Below, piece by piece: positions 39,736 to 53,389 of a DNA stretch of 64,000 bases. Position 1 is the stretch's first letter, and each line of letters opens with the position of its first letter. Both the position numbers and the translations under genes were made by a program. The notes beneath the pieces were generated by a model. That model was given only the letters and a program-made list of their open reading frames with translations. It had not been told where the DNA came from and searched no databases. Source of the stretch: Lama glama (Eukaryota); the NCBI GenBank assembly GCA_028534125.1, contig CM052818.1:26352001-26416000 (forward strand), read 5' to 3'.

Positions 39736-42700
39736 GGAGGGCCAGGGAAGCTATTACATCTGACTCTTCCAAGGGTTTTTGGCCTCTGGCACAACTTATT
39801 TCGTAGTACACCATACCTCACACTACCGCCATACAGAACATGACAGTAGTTGCCAGCCTTAGGGAGTACCATGTAAATTATTTTATTTACTGAAGATAGT
39901 TCAGTCTCCCAGGTATGGCAACAGTCTTCTGCAGTGCATCCTGCATCAAACTGCTAGCAGTAACCACAAAGAGACTTACCAGGAATTTCAGGTGCCAAAG
40001 ATGAAGTGGAGTTTAGTGTGTGGAACACAGTCCTTGCTTTGATGTTCTAGAGGGTCAGGGGTTACAGGGTCCAGTAACTGATCTGGACAGTCACCCCTTG
40101 AGACCAATGACCACATCCATGGAGCCTGGCCCTTCAGTCCTTGGCACTCACTGGACATTTAATACATGTTTCATAATGATGTTGCTCCAAAAGAAGCTGA
40201 AGCAAGAGGCAGGTGCCAGGAGTAAACCAGGCAGGAAGGCTCTCGCCTTGGCATAAGTCGGGCCTCATTACAATTCTAAGTTCTGCACTTGCCCGGACCC
40301 TGCCAGATAAGCTTCTGGTGTGAAAGATAGAATAAGGAGGCCTTTGAAACCTAGAGGGGTGCCCTGGATAACCCATGGGGCCTGCCTGGCCTCCTCTGCC
40401 TTTGATACTGTGGGTTTGTGATTAGCTGTGGGAGGTTACTCAGACCGAAGTAGGGATTCTGGAAAGGATGGCTTGGCTTAAAACAACCCAGGTTGCCTCA
40501 AAATCAAGGGTAGTAGCCTTAGGACTACCCACCTCCATTTGGAATCTTCCTTTTTCCTGCCCCTCCCCTCTAAAGGTTACAAATCAAAATGGCATCCCAC
40601 AAACCAGAATAAATAATATAAATAGCTAAATAGTTCCACAGCAATAGTCAGGTATATTCTTTCCTTTAAAAAAAAAAAAAAAGCCTTCCTTGGCCTTGAT
40701 GTACTTCTTCAATGCCAGATTTCACCAGTCTCATGATGATGGACTGAGTTCGACAGTACCTCTGGTGGAAGAGCAGTTTTTGAAATTAAACCATACAGTT
40801 TTATAATACAAATCACACTGATTTTTAAAAGTTTACTATTTCTGAATAGCCAAGAAGACTGATGAGTTTGAGGGCTGATGAGTTCAAATTAGTATTTGCT
40901 TCATCAAGTCATGAATTAATAGTAGACTTTGTATCTCAAATTTAAAATTTTTAAAAACCTGGATTTTCAGTGATTTGGGTTTTATTTGCATAATTGAGAA
41001 TGTCATCATCAGCCTTCTAGCCTTTGGTTCTTTGTTAAACTGCGTCACAGAGATCACACCATCTAATGTGAACTCTACATGAATAGCATCAGAAAAACGT
41101 TCTTTGGGAAACCAGTTTGATGGAGGTCCCTTTCTGCAGGACTTTTCAGAGCATTTAACATGTCACTGTGTACAGTGAACCTCCATGAGGAGATAGTGTC
41201 TCTCAAGTCATTTTGCCCACAGAGCAGCTGGCAAAGCTAGTCTGGCAGAAAACACTGTAGGAACTGTCAAGCCACATGCCACAGAGCTGAAGGAACTCAA
41301 GGACATTTTAGAGAACACAGGGTATACAGGAACAGAGCCACAAGAACATGCTGGAAGATACCAGCAAACACCACCCCATTTTATCTGATATTTGCTAAAA
41401 CTTATGCAGAACTAAGAGGAGAGAATCACAGAGGGACTAGTGATCAGAAAACAGATTCTGGTGACCCACGCTATGGAACTATGTCCACTCAGGGTCTTAT
41501 TCTCATCTCTAAGATGAGACATTTGGTGCCAAATGATTTCAGATAATCTCTAGCTCTAGAATCCAGCGACCCAAGATCAGTGACACCTATTAGCATAGCA
41601 ACCTTACTACTAATAATGTAAAACCCTGTGTTGAAAAGCAGACTGGTACAGATCTGGGCAGAGCAGCCAAAGCCAGCGTGGAAGGCAGAGAACTTCAAAG
41701 TCAGGCCTCTATTTAGACAGCTTACACATTGGGAATCCGTCATGTTCTGGTGACAACTTGAAGGTCATATTTGTAGACACATGCCAATGATAGATGACTG
41801 AGTTTAGTTGAAAAAGACCTGTCTGTTCAAATCCATTATAATCATTTAGGCTACACACAACTTTTTAAAGAAGCAAAGGCATTATTGGTGAAATGTGGCT
41901 TTGCCCTTGCAGAATATATGTGATTTCTTTCTCTTTTTACCTATTTTTTAAACTTTTTTTTTGTTTTGCCAAGGATCAGTTCAGACATATAACGTTGATT
42001 TTAACACAGCAGGAGATGAGGCTCTAAGCCCTTGACTGGCCAGTTATGTCACAAGGTGAATCCTTGTCCTTCTCTGGGCATGCTCTGTCTATGAAGATGT
42101 GGAAGGGGAGGAGTAGGACTACAAAGGAAGCCATTCAAAAGTTCTCCAAGCTCTCTCTTGGCTCTAAACTGCTGTGATTCCATTATTATTTCTTCTCTTG
42201 CATCTGAGACATTGTCATAGTGTTTTGTACCTTCTATTGTAATACTTAACTGTGCTCAAATTATCATTTATTGACCCTTGTGGCTGTGTAGACTACCAAC
42301 TTCTGAGAGTAGGGACTGAACCTAGTTTAGCTTGGCATTCATCTTTCTTACAATAGGACTTCATGAAAAAGCAGACAGTCTAGTCCTACCCATCTTATCT
42401 GATTTTACCTAGAGCATCATCTCTTGCCAAGCTAGAAATCGTTTTCAGTCATCCAGCTTATGTCCAGCCATAGTAAAATTATTCCTTCCCAGGCTACCAA
42501 AACATTCAAATTCAAAAGGAGGCACCTCCAACCCTTTGGTTCTGGTAGTAATGATCATCCAAGGTCCTCTGAAAATCAAGCCACCACCAGCACTTCCTCA
42601 GTGTCTTCTCAGCCGGGCAGTTTCAACATCCACTGAAGCTTTCTCCTGTCCAGGTGTGCTTGTGGCGTCTCAGTACCATGTGTCCACTGAGAGCACAGAC

Positions 42701-43341
42701 CAGGCAGCCCAGGTGCTGGAAGAATGATGGTCCTAGTGTTGTTTCCTGGTGCTCATCTAGACCTCTCCAGCCATGCCTGCGTGAACCATTCATTTTCGGC
42801 GTACTTACCGATCACTTGTCTCCATGCGGGGATGTAGGCTCAGTGACCACATCATTGTGGCCTCGGTTCCTAGAATAGTGCCCAGCACTCAGTAGGTCCT
42901 CAGTAGATGTTTGTTGTTGAATGAACGTGGGAGGTGAGTGACTAGCCAGGGCCTGGGTGAAGGCATGCGGAAGGCTGTCTCCAGAGCCTGCTGCTTACTG
43001 AGTGAATCAGCTCAAACCACCTGTCCCGCTGTGTGCACAGCATAGCACCAAACTGGAAACTGTTTCCCTGCTCCCAGATGACTTCAGAGTGAAATGTCTT
43101 CCCAAATAACCTAGATTTTTGGTGCTCTCTATGTTGCATACAAGTTTACACTCAAGAGTGGACTCTGCTCTGCATTCCTCTCATGGAAGCCCTTCTGTGG
43201 TAGGCTCCCCTGAGGGGCAAGTGTGCTTCACTCGCCTGCCTGCTGGCTGAGTGCCCCTGCCCACATAGCTCAGGGGCGGTGTGGGGAGTAAAACAGTGAC
43301 TTCTTCCCAATCCCAGCTTTTTCTCAGAATGAGGAATTGGA

Positions 43342-43649
43342 CAGTTGGCTCTCCGTATCCATGGGTTCTCCATCTGCAGACTCAACCAACAGCAGATCAA
43401 AAGCATTCAGGGGCAGGGAGTTCCAAAAGCAAATCTTGAATTTGTTATACACTAGCAACTGTTTATATAGCATTTACATTGCATTAGGTATCATAGGTAA
43501 TCTAGAGATGATTTAAAGTTATATGTAAATACTACACCACTTTATATAAAAGACTTGAGCATCTGTGGATTTTGGTACCCGTGGGACATCCTGAAACCAA
43601 CCCCTCACCTCCCCCAACTCCCACCCCTGTGGATACTGAGGGATGACTA
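43342..43649 (-). mobile_element. MER2-like element, reverse orientation
   Basis: Reverse complement of the 14549 copy: cagttggctctccgtatc ... tttatataaaagacttgagcatctgtggattttggta ... ggatactgagggatgact. Confidence 0.8.
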
Positions 43650-44249
43650 TACTTGAAGCCAGACCATTTTGGGGGGTTTTCACATTATTTGTAACAGTTT
43701 AAGTGGCCAAATCCCAAGGTCTAAAAGAAATGTTTGGGAAGAAATCCCGATGGTAACTTTCCAGGCTTTGTTCCTTATGCAGCTCTAGTTTTTTTGGAAT
43801 CATTAATAATAATAACTGCCCCTCCCATTGATTGTAAATTCATCGCCTAACAGGACTTTGTCAAACACTTTGTGTGTTGTCTTCTCCTAAGAAGATATCG
43901 TTACTGTCTCCACTCTACAGATGAGCAAGCTGAGGCTCCCAGAGAAAGTCACTGGCATTGATTTGTACCCTTAATTTAACACCAGGAAGGATGAGAAAAG
44001 ATAATGAAAATTTTATAAGCTAGTTAAAAAAGTATTTTGATTCTAAGAATAGTCTTAACTTCATTAAAAAGTATTTTTTTTTCCTAAAATTCCCTGGAAG
44101 CTAGACGTTTCTGTAAATGTCTAGAATCACAGAACCCTAACGTTTGTTTTCTTGGCCCCTCTCCTTCTAACAGGATAAAACTAAGTCCCTAAGAATTTGA
44201 GTGACAGAGAGCTTGAATCCCTCTTCTTGACTCAGTTCTCTTTCCAATA

Positions 44250-44337
44250 TTTCTTCCTTCCTTCCTTCCTTCCTCTTTCTTCTTCCTTCCTTCCTCCCTT
44301 CCTTCCTCCCTTCCTCCCTTTCTTTCGTTCTTTTTTT
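44250..44337. repeat. (TTCC)n-like polypyrimidine simple repeat
   Basis: Nearly pure C/T tract with TTCC/CCTT units. Confidence 0.9.
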
Positions 44338-46640
44338 GCCAAGGCAAAGAAAGAAAATCTTAACAGAAGCCCAGTATATTAACAGATAATAACAGAATTT
44401 CTTTGGTTAAAGAGGAGGAAGGAGGGATGGTTAGAGAGACTGGTTGGCCCTACAGTTCTCAGTCTCCCTTCCCTTCACCAGTGTCCCAGAGGTGCTTTCC
44501 TAGAGCCCCAAGGGTTTCAGGGAACATGGTGTGAGGAACCCATTGTCCTAAAATACTTAGTCTGTAATATTAAGTATAAATACATCTCAAACACAAATCT
44601 ATGATTCTGTCACCTGTCTGCGTGTACCTGTAGCTTGCGTGCACATACCAGGGGCTACTACTCTAAAGAAGGAACATGAACTAGGGGGTCTCTCCCCAGA
44701 CTTCAGTCCTGGCGCAGGAATCCCTACCACAATCTCAGGCTTAGCTGAAAAACTTCCTGTGACAGGCCTCTCCTATTCTTCGAGCTGATTAACTCAAGCT
44801 GGTTAGACTTATTCCTCATATCCAGCCCCACCAGCCTCTCCTTGAACCTTAATCACACACCTGATTCTTTTCTTGGGACTGTACAGATTCCCTCTCACCT
44901 GACAGCTCACAACATATTTAAAGAAAATAACTATATGCACTTCCATTTTTCTTTACCTGACTGATAATGGTTGGTTGTAATGTTCCCAACTCAAAGGAGT
45001 CCCATTCGTTCTCAAGGCTGGAAGAATTATACCTGAAGACAAAGGATGCATGTACATGTATAGGAACAGAAGGAATTATCCTCTAATAAGCTAGAGGTAA
45101 GAATCCCTTCCAGTGGTGACGATTGTTCACAGGGTGGACACAAAGCATTTTAGCCCCATCTGCAATTATACTGGTGACTGCTGCAGACATTTAAGGAGAA
45201 ACCGGATGTGGTTATTTTGGCAATTAGAATGGTTCTCTTCTTTCACACTGTGTTTCTATAGATTTTCTGGTTTTTCATTTGGGATAAAGATGCTTTGTGC
45301 TTGCGTCACATCCTATGAAGATTTTCACTTTCGAAGATTTTCACACTCAGCTGTTAAAGTCACCTGAGAGACAGGCATGTTCGGGGTGATTGTCTCCACT
45401 CACACAGGAGGAAGCTGGCATCTGTATGTGTCTGGAATTGTAGAAGAATCCTACAGGGCTGGTTCAAAGTTTCACCCAGTTCTTTCCTCCCCTAAGGCCT
45501 AAAACAGCAGTGAGAGCTGTATCTACTGTTTTGCTTGCCCATGTGTTCATTCATTTAATAGGTGTTTTGTTTAAGTATCCAATCTGTGCTAATCACATAT
45601 TGATATTCGAAACAATTCTTTTCTGTAGAATATCCATTTTAGTTTCTTGCAGGTTCCCCTGTACATCTTGGACTAAATAATCCAAGTTCTCTTTTAATCC
45701 ATTTCCTTTTGAAAGGAAAGATCAGGTGAGCAAGCTCATTGTTTCTCCTGGGCTTCATTCTTTAAGACTGGCTTAAAAATAACTAGTAAGTCTGCATTCC
45801 GGGAAACGTATTGTCAATTTTTTTAAGTCTTGCCTGTCTAAGACTATTTGCACATGGCAGTCATGGATAGAAGTCACTTCCCTTTGAAACAGCATGTCAA
45901 CAAATACTCTTTGCCTTAATCCCAAAGATCTGTATGAGCCTGTAGAATTACTGTGGCTTGCATTGATAGGCTGTTAAATTCTTACCCTGCATGGATAGAG
46001 AAAGGTTAAAATATCTCATAGATAGGAAAATGAAAGAAAGCCTTTTCCACCAGGAAATAGGTTACAACTCCTTGCTAAATGAATTTATTTATTTGTTTAT
46101 TTTCCTACAGGGGTCACAGAAAGACGTGGCTTGTGTTTTCAGCAGGGCAGGCAGGGTTGAATAGGAAGGAGTTTTTTCAGGCAATCTCTTTCAAACTTTC
46201 TCATTTGCTCATTCAACAATTATTTGTTCAGTGCCAACCATGAATTAAATATAGTTCTCTCCCTAGGAGAAGGCAGCCTAGTGGAGGAGACAGTTGTATT
46301 GCAGTATAAAGAGAGATTTGGTAGGTCTGAGGTATAAACAAGGTAGCATAGGCCTTGGGGAACTGGCTGGGGCTAGAGCCGCAGGGGTGGACGAGACCCT
46401 GATTGCTATAGTGGGCCTCAAGGCTATCTTATCTCCAGGATGTAAAGGTGGGCCTGCCATTGTAGGTTAAGGGAGCATTCTAGATGGCTCCTTCTGATAG
46501 AGATTGAAGATTAAGTGGGAGGAGATGAGGTTGAAGGCAAGGAGACAGGTGGGGAGGCAAAAGCCCTGTGTAGAAGAGAGATCTTGAGGGCTAGAAGTGA
46601 GGCCAAGGCAGTGGGATGGGTAAGAGAAGACATCATAGGA

Positions 46641-46726
46641 GGGAGGGTATAGCTCAAGTGGTACAGGGAATGCTCTCTAAAAATAAAGACATAAACCTAA
46701 TTACCTCCCCCTCCACCCCCCAAAAA
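46641..46726 (+). mobile_element. tRNA-derived SINE (camelid Vic-1-like), internally deleted
   Basis: gggagggtatagctcaagtggta (A box), tail ataaacctaattacctccccc...aaaaaa; flanking repeat aagagaagacatcatagga / aagaggagacatgatagga (17/19); no B box. Confidence 0.75.
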
Positions 46727-47422
46727 AAGAGGAGACATGATAGGACCTGATGTGGAGAGTGAGCAGAGGAAGGAGTTGGGGTGACAACTGAGTTTTGAAT
46801 TGCAGTGACTTCCTGCCATTTCCCAAGAGGGAAAAGTACAGGAGGCCTATTCCAAGGGCCAGCAAGAGGAAGAAAGATGGCAAATCCTATCTGGGACAAG
46901 TTAAATAGGAAGTACCTGAGGGAAGAAAAGTGGCAAAGTTTAAAAGACTAGGAGAGAAAAGCCCAGTGTGTCTTTACGCGAAGGACAAGTGTTTTTTAGT
47001 GTTTTGTTTTTGTTTCAATTTCCAATCCACTGTGTACTGCTCCTACTGGACACAAACAGCAGCTCCTTGGACCACACCCAGTTTCCATGCATACCTGACA
47101 GTACACAGCTCCCGAACTTGAACTTGCCAAGAGCCTAACTAACAAGAAAAATCCACAGATCCATATGCTTGATTATGTCAGAAAGTTTCTAGAAGCTTTA
47201 AGTTTCTTTCCTTATCTCCTCATGGGCTGGCCCTAGTCCACAGACCCACTTTGAGTAGCACCGATCTAGACTGAGATACACGTGGGCTGAAGACACCAGT
47301 GTGGAAGTTAGCGTTAGAGGTGGTAGTTGAAGCCACGGACAGGGGTGTGATTGCAGGGGGATTGTTGAGGGTTGGGGGATGGACAACCACCATCAACCCT
47401 ATGAAAATGCCAACATCCAAGG

Positions 47423-47869
47423 CAGAGGTTCAGACTTTTCTCATAAAGGGGTAGTATAGTGTTTTAGGTTTTTATGACCACATGCAGTCTATCACAAGTA
47501 CTCAACTTTGACCTTACAGTATGAAAGCAGCTCTACCAGTGTTTCCCAAACCTCAGCACTGCAGGGAATTGGGGCCAGATAATTTTTTGTTGTGGAGGCT
47601 GTCCTGTGCATTGCAGCATCTTTAGCAGCATCCCTGACTCTACCTACTAAATGCCAGTAGTGCTACCACCCACAGTCATGAGAATCAAGAATATGTCCAG
47701 ACATTACCAAATGTCACCTGGCGGGGTGGGGCACAAAATCACCCTCAGTTGAGAACTACTGAGCTGAATATATAAAAGAATGAGCACAGGTGTGTTCCTA
47801 TAAAACTTTATTTACAAACACAGGCATGGGGCCCAATTTGGCCCACCTATCGTAATTTGCAGACCCTTG
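47423..47869. mobile_element. MER58A-like hAT element split by MER20
   Basis: Left half cagaggttcagacttttct...actcaactttg; right half gtgtgttcctataaaactttatttacaaacacagg...ttgcagacccttg; flanks atccaagg/atctaaga. Confidence 0.75.
47537..47761. mobile_element. MER20 hAT-Charlie element
   Basis: TIRs cagtgtttcccaa ... ttgagaactactg; internal ggccagataattttttgttgtgg...ctgtcctgtgcattg and ccagacattaccaaatgtc. Confidence 0.85.
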
Positions 47870-50800
47870 ATCTAAGAGATGGGCATAGGGAAAACTAAAA
47901 GGGCTTATTCAATAAAATTTGAACACAAGGGCCTCTTGTTTTCACAGCCCAAGAGGAGGCTCTACAAGTGAGCCAGCATAAAGAGAAGGAGCTCTTTTTA
48001 TAGCACCTTTGCCTACCTTATTCTTGTTGAGCACCTGGAGATATCAGACATAAAATCACAAAATCACAGAATAGGAAAAAAATATAAACTCTACAGGAGA
48101 CCTAAGAAAACCTCCAAGCAAGGCAGTACTGAGCCTGGATTGCGTGAGGTAAGTCCGTGAATTCCTCCAGGAAGGAAGTGACTGAAGCAGGTCTTAGAGG
48201 ATGTTATGAATAGTGGTTGATGGTAAGGAGGTGGGGGGGACAAGTCATGTATGGAACACAGGGTTCTTAGTTTCAGAAAGTTAGGAGGGAAGTGAGGTGT
48301 CAATAGCAAGGGAAGGGAGCTATTGTCCAGTGGAAGCCCTGTGGGTGTACAGGGCACCCCCATGCACTGCCACGATGCACGTGCTTCCTCTGGGAAAATA
48401 ATTAATGGCACTTAACGCTTTTTTCTAAGAACAGGAAGTTTGTTTTTCTCCTTTAGGCTAAGGGGGCTTTTATTACCTCAAATTTTTTATCTTTGGCTTT
48501 TCTTTTACATAAAGTCAAATCCCTTTTGAGATTCTTTTTGACAAGGGCAAAAATATTGAGAATTCCTGGTGAGTTAGAGTTGGAGGGTTTCGTTGGTGTC
48601 TGAGACCGTTTTACTCATTCTTAGTTCATGTCAAGGTCAAGTTATCTCTGTCTCACACTGATGTTGAGATCACAGTGTATCATTTCCTCTTGGTGCTGTC
48701 AGACTTCAGGACAGGTAGTCTGGGTAGCCATTTTATTCTCAACCCACTTCCATGGCAGTCTTCACATTAGTTATCAAATCAGCAGTGGTTAAAAGCAGAG
48801 ACTCGAGTCCTGCCATGGCTGAAATCCTGGCTTCTCCAAGTTTTGGTTGATGGACCCAAGACACGGGCTTAATCTAAGACTGGTTCCTAAGAGGTGTCCT
48901 GCCTGGCTCACAGCAAGCACTCCAGCCATTGCTATTCACATGTGTAAATTCTTTAGCAAACCAGGCATTTCAAATCTGCCACTTTCTGGAGGCTCCCATG
49001 TAGACTTGGACTGGAGGATGGTTCTTGGGGGCAAAGCAACTTACCTCTCATGATGGAAGGTCTAGCAGGTGTTATGGATGATTTAAATAACACTTCTTAG
49101 CTTGAAGTGCATTGTGTGCCATGTGTTGTGGGAGACAAAAAAGTAAATGAATAAGACCTAGCTGATGCTCACTGAAGAGTTCTCAGCCTAGTCAGAAAGG
49201 ATATTTATTCAACAAATATTTGTGTACAGTATTTATGTACAAATAACAGGGGAGCCTTCCATGAAAGTGGGCAGAGAATGCTCTGGCCATTGTGAGGTTC
49301 CAGATATACTCAGTGTTGGTGTGATATGGAAAAGCCAAGTTTCAGGCCATCCAGTGAGCACGGATGATTATCAAGGGCCCTAGCAGGATGGAAGAATAGC
49401 ACAGAAATCTGTATCTGTCCCTTCACCCCATTAGGGAAATGGAGTAGTCACAGAGCCCAAATTTGAGGATGTGTTATAAAAACAAAGGACAAGGAACACC
49501 ATACCATACGGTAGTATGGGTCAAGTGACCACAGCCTGAATTTCTGGACACCTGTCAAACCTGTTTGGATCATTTGATAAGACTATTGCTAGAGCTGGAA
49601 TTTTCAGAGAATAATTACTGACTTAAATATTAGTAGTTTTTTGTTTGCTTGTTTGTTTTTGATGAGCAACTAAGTAACTTCACAGGTTACTTGATTTGAG
49701 CAGAGTTTACAAATTTGAGCCAATTGCTGGCTGAATATTGCTGACAACTTCAGTCAGGTTCTCATCCTGTATTGATATTGTCCTTGCAGCTTTGCAAACC
49801 AAGTCAGATCCATTAGTTCTAGAAGCATGCAGCAGTTCATGGAAATGGTCTTATTTGATTCATATCCACCAGCTAGAGCGTCTGCTTTGGTCCTTCTAAC
49901 CAGCCCTGAGGCCAAGTCCCTTGTAAAACTAGGCATGATAAATGAGCCAGGCCCTTCTCCTGATTTGTTATAACTGCCAGGGACCCACATCCATCTTGAG
50001 TCCTCCCCAATAACTCAACTTAATGGGGAGAAAGGGTGTAATGGCCTCTTTTCAAAAGTGCAGGGTCGGTACTTTGAGGTGGATGTTCTGTCTTCCAATT
50101 TTGCTTCTAAAAATCCTTTCAAATAGTACAATTAGATCCTATAAATGTGAGGAGTGTACCCACACAAGCAGTGAGTCTCCCATATGGTATTTGTGGGTCT
50201 CTATATAATTAGGGTTGTAAAAGAAAAATAAATACAAGCTGTAGTTGAATCATAAAAGAGAAGTCCATTTATAAATAATTGAGGGTTGAGATGGAGCATA
50301 GACTTTCTGAGTGGGTCTATAAAATATAGTCTGCTCAGTCTGGCTAATAAGTTCATTTGCATGACAGCCAGGCAGCTGGGAACTGAGCTGATGGCATTTT
50401 ACAGCTTTGCAGCATATAGCTGTGTCCTCAGTTCAGAGAATATGGGGAGAGGATAAGAATCTAAAAATAGAAAAGGCATCTTCTTATCTTCTCACTAGTG
50501 GAGTAAAACAGACTAAAAATATGAAAAGCATCCCTTCAGGATGCCATTTACTAGGGTATTCTCTGGTTACATTTATTTCTGCCTTAGACTTCCGTGTTAA
50601 ATTCAGTGTTGGATCTCTAATAATACAATTTTTTCCCCTTGCATTTTAAAATTCTTTGATCCAAAGAAGCGCTCCTACAGAGGTTTGCAAAGGATTGGCA
50701 TGAGTGCCCTCCATGTAGTAATATTTTAATGTTATTGATACAGAAGGTTGTCTGGTCATCCCTTGTGTTAGTGAAAACTGCCATCTTCAAATGGCAAGTC

Positions 50801-53389
50801 TTCTTGGGAAAGTCTGTGCATGTTCTTTATAGGTGAGTGTGACGCGCGGCCACGAGGAAATGAACAGTGATAGTTCTCCCACATAGCAGACTGAGAATGA
50901 ACAGGGACGAAACCCCACCCGTTGTACACATCGTGGAGGCCACTGCCCATGAGAGCCTCATCGTGTGCCCGGTACACTGCCCCCTTTCCACGGCAACCCA
51001 TTCCATCTTTCCAGAACCCTGGGCTTTCTCCCTTGGAGAATCCAAAATTTCTTTCTCCCTAGCTTCCGCTTTTGTAGCCCTAGGGCATCGAGTAACAAGT
51101 TAATCCTATTTCCATTACAATTAAATGAATGCTTCAGATCCATAAAGATTTGTTTTCCCTCAGTTTTCTTTTAGCTGCTCCACTCCTTCACTCTGTCACC
51201 AGTCCTTTTGTCTCCTGGTTGGACTCCTGGGAACATGTAAGAACATGTTCCTGGTCACATTTACCCCTTTGAAGTGTGGAGCCCAGGGTGAAATATATTT
51301 TTCCAGGGCTTATCACAGTGGAATTGTCTCCTCCACATTGTCAGCAGAGAGAAATAACCCAAAGATGATTGTGGGTAGGGAAGGGGTGGCAGGTTCTTGG
51401 CCAGGTCACCATTCTTCCCTGGGACTGTTGGTTCAGACACAAAGGAGGCATAATTGAGTATTTCTGCCTGGGGCCCGGACGGTGTTGCGTCTGGGTGCTA
51501 GGAAGATGGGCACATTGATTCAATGCTGAGACAAAGCGAAAGGTGAGCAGAAGCTGGCAGGTACTTAAAGGATGTGACAACTAAGCAAGAAAGGGTAAGT
51601 CCAGGGTAGACTCACTTCCCGCCAAGCTGGAGAAAGGAAAAGGCCCACAGGTCCCTCAGGACAGTCCCCCGCCCTGTTTTTATGCACGTGTGTTTTAAAT
51701 TAAAATTGTAACCTACTGTGCAGGACACAAGACATTTTTTACCCTCTTTCTCCCCTAAGAATTAATCTTAAAACAATTAGTAGACAAACCAAACATTCCT
51801 TTCTTAAAATAACTGGAATTTTGAAAAATCTCAACCTCTGTTCTTTTTAGAGCCCTATGAGTTGCCAGTACAGTCAATTCTGGTCATCTAGGAACTGACT
51901 TTACAGTGTGTGACTTTTTCATAACCCCTTGCTTTTTCCCTTACCTCCTGGCCTCTGCTCTGCTTTGGTCTTTTTTGGCATCATTCTCATCCAAGAGGAT
52001 GATAAGGGAATGAAGCCATGGGTGGTCGCTTCACTTTTTTCTTCACTGAATCATTATTTTTGTGTTGATTTGTCTTATTAATACTGTCACTTGTGCTTAA
52101 ATCAGTCACACGTAAGAAACTGGAATTGTCTAGCCTGGTGCAGCAATGACCACCTGACACTCTGCCTTTCTTATCAAAACCGTGCCTTTAACTTCCTGTT
52201 GAGTCCTTTTGTGTCCTGGGCTCCTTGGGCTTCTCACAAATTCCTGAGTGAGGGCCTGGGCCTTTGTTGTCAGACTCCATGCCCACACATCTGCCCCCGG
52301 ACATCCTCTCTAACCTTGATAGAGGGTGGCAGGCAACTGACTGGGGGGTTGGGCCTTTTTGTTGGCAAATCTGTCCTCTCCAGTGTGCAACAACTGGAAC
52401 CTTTGTTTTCAGAGGAATCTTTATTTCCCAGATGAGTGTCACCTAAGGGAGGGGAAGAGGAGCAAACTGTGATCCAAGAACTACAGAAAAAAGGATTAGC
52501 AGCCTTGGGAGTTCATAGTCAAGGGCAGAATTTTGAGAAAAGGCTACACATGGGACAATTTCTCTCTCTCTTTTCTTTCCTTCCATTCTCCTTCCCTCCC
52601 TTCTTTTTTCAGAGATGGTGGGAGGGGAGGAATGATAGCAATGCAAGATAGCTGGAGAGCAGGAGAGGCCTGAGTGCGCGGTTGGTTCAGAGTTTCTGAT
52701 GGTGGTAGGGGCCTGACTGATAACAGAGGCTGGAAATGCTCTTCCTTTGGCTCCTAGAAAACCCAGGAGGGCTTGCTCTTCTCCTGCTTCCCCCTCTGGG
52801 GTGTCCCCTGACTCAGGCTCTCCCTCTGATTCATCCCTCACTCTGTCTGCTGCCACGTGGGTCAGCTGCCAGCAGCCTTGGGAGCCCAAGTCTTCTTTTC
52901 AGAACATGGTGAGGAGGGACAGGATTTCGTGTTGTGGCCTTTAGGACCATTCCACTATAAAATGCTGCCCATCTGTGCCCCCACCACCTCTCAAACAAGG
53001 CGCTGTACCCCTAAGCCCCAGCGCTTCCACCTGCCTGTGCTTCCCTCCCTGTGGGTGCCCCAGCAGCCTGGGTCTCTTGCCTCTTCTCATTTCCTGCTGA
53101 CGAAAAACTCTTCTCTTCTGAGACCTTTTCCACTCTGCAAATGCAGACTGGTGGAGCCTCTTCAGTGAAGGCCTGGTCACTGCAGGAAGGAGTGACCTGT
53201 CCCTTCAACAGGCTCAGGGGAGGTGAGGCTCAGCCCTCTCGTAGGGTCTTTGTATCCACATGCCGTCCCATAATGATGTTTGCATCATGATCAGTAGTTC
53301 ATAGGTTCAGTAGGCTTTTCAGGATCTATGTATGTATAAAACCGTCTCTGCAGGAAAGTCCAATCTGAGCCCTAAACCACCCATGAATT

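Noticed and set aside
40730..40825. Box C (ATGATGA) ... box D (CTGA) pattern suggesting an intronic C/D snoRNA
   Set aside because: No terminal stem, no recognisable rRNA antisense element, and far from a splice acceptor. Such motifs occur by chance.
46641..46670. tRNA-like 5' sequence
   Set aside because: No T arm, B box or acceptor stem. It has a SINE tail and flanking direct repeats.
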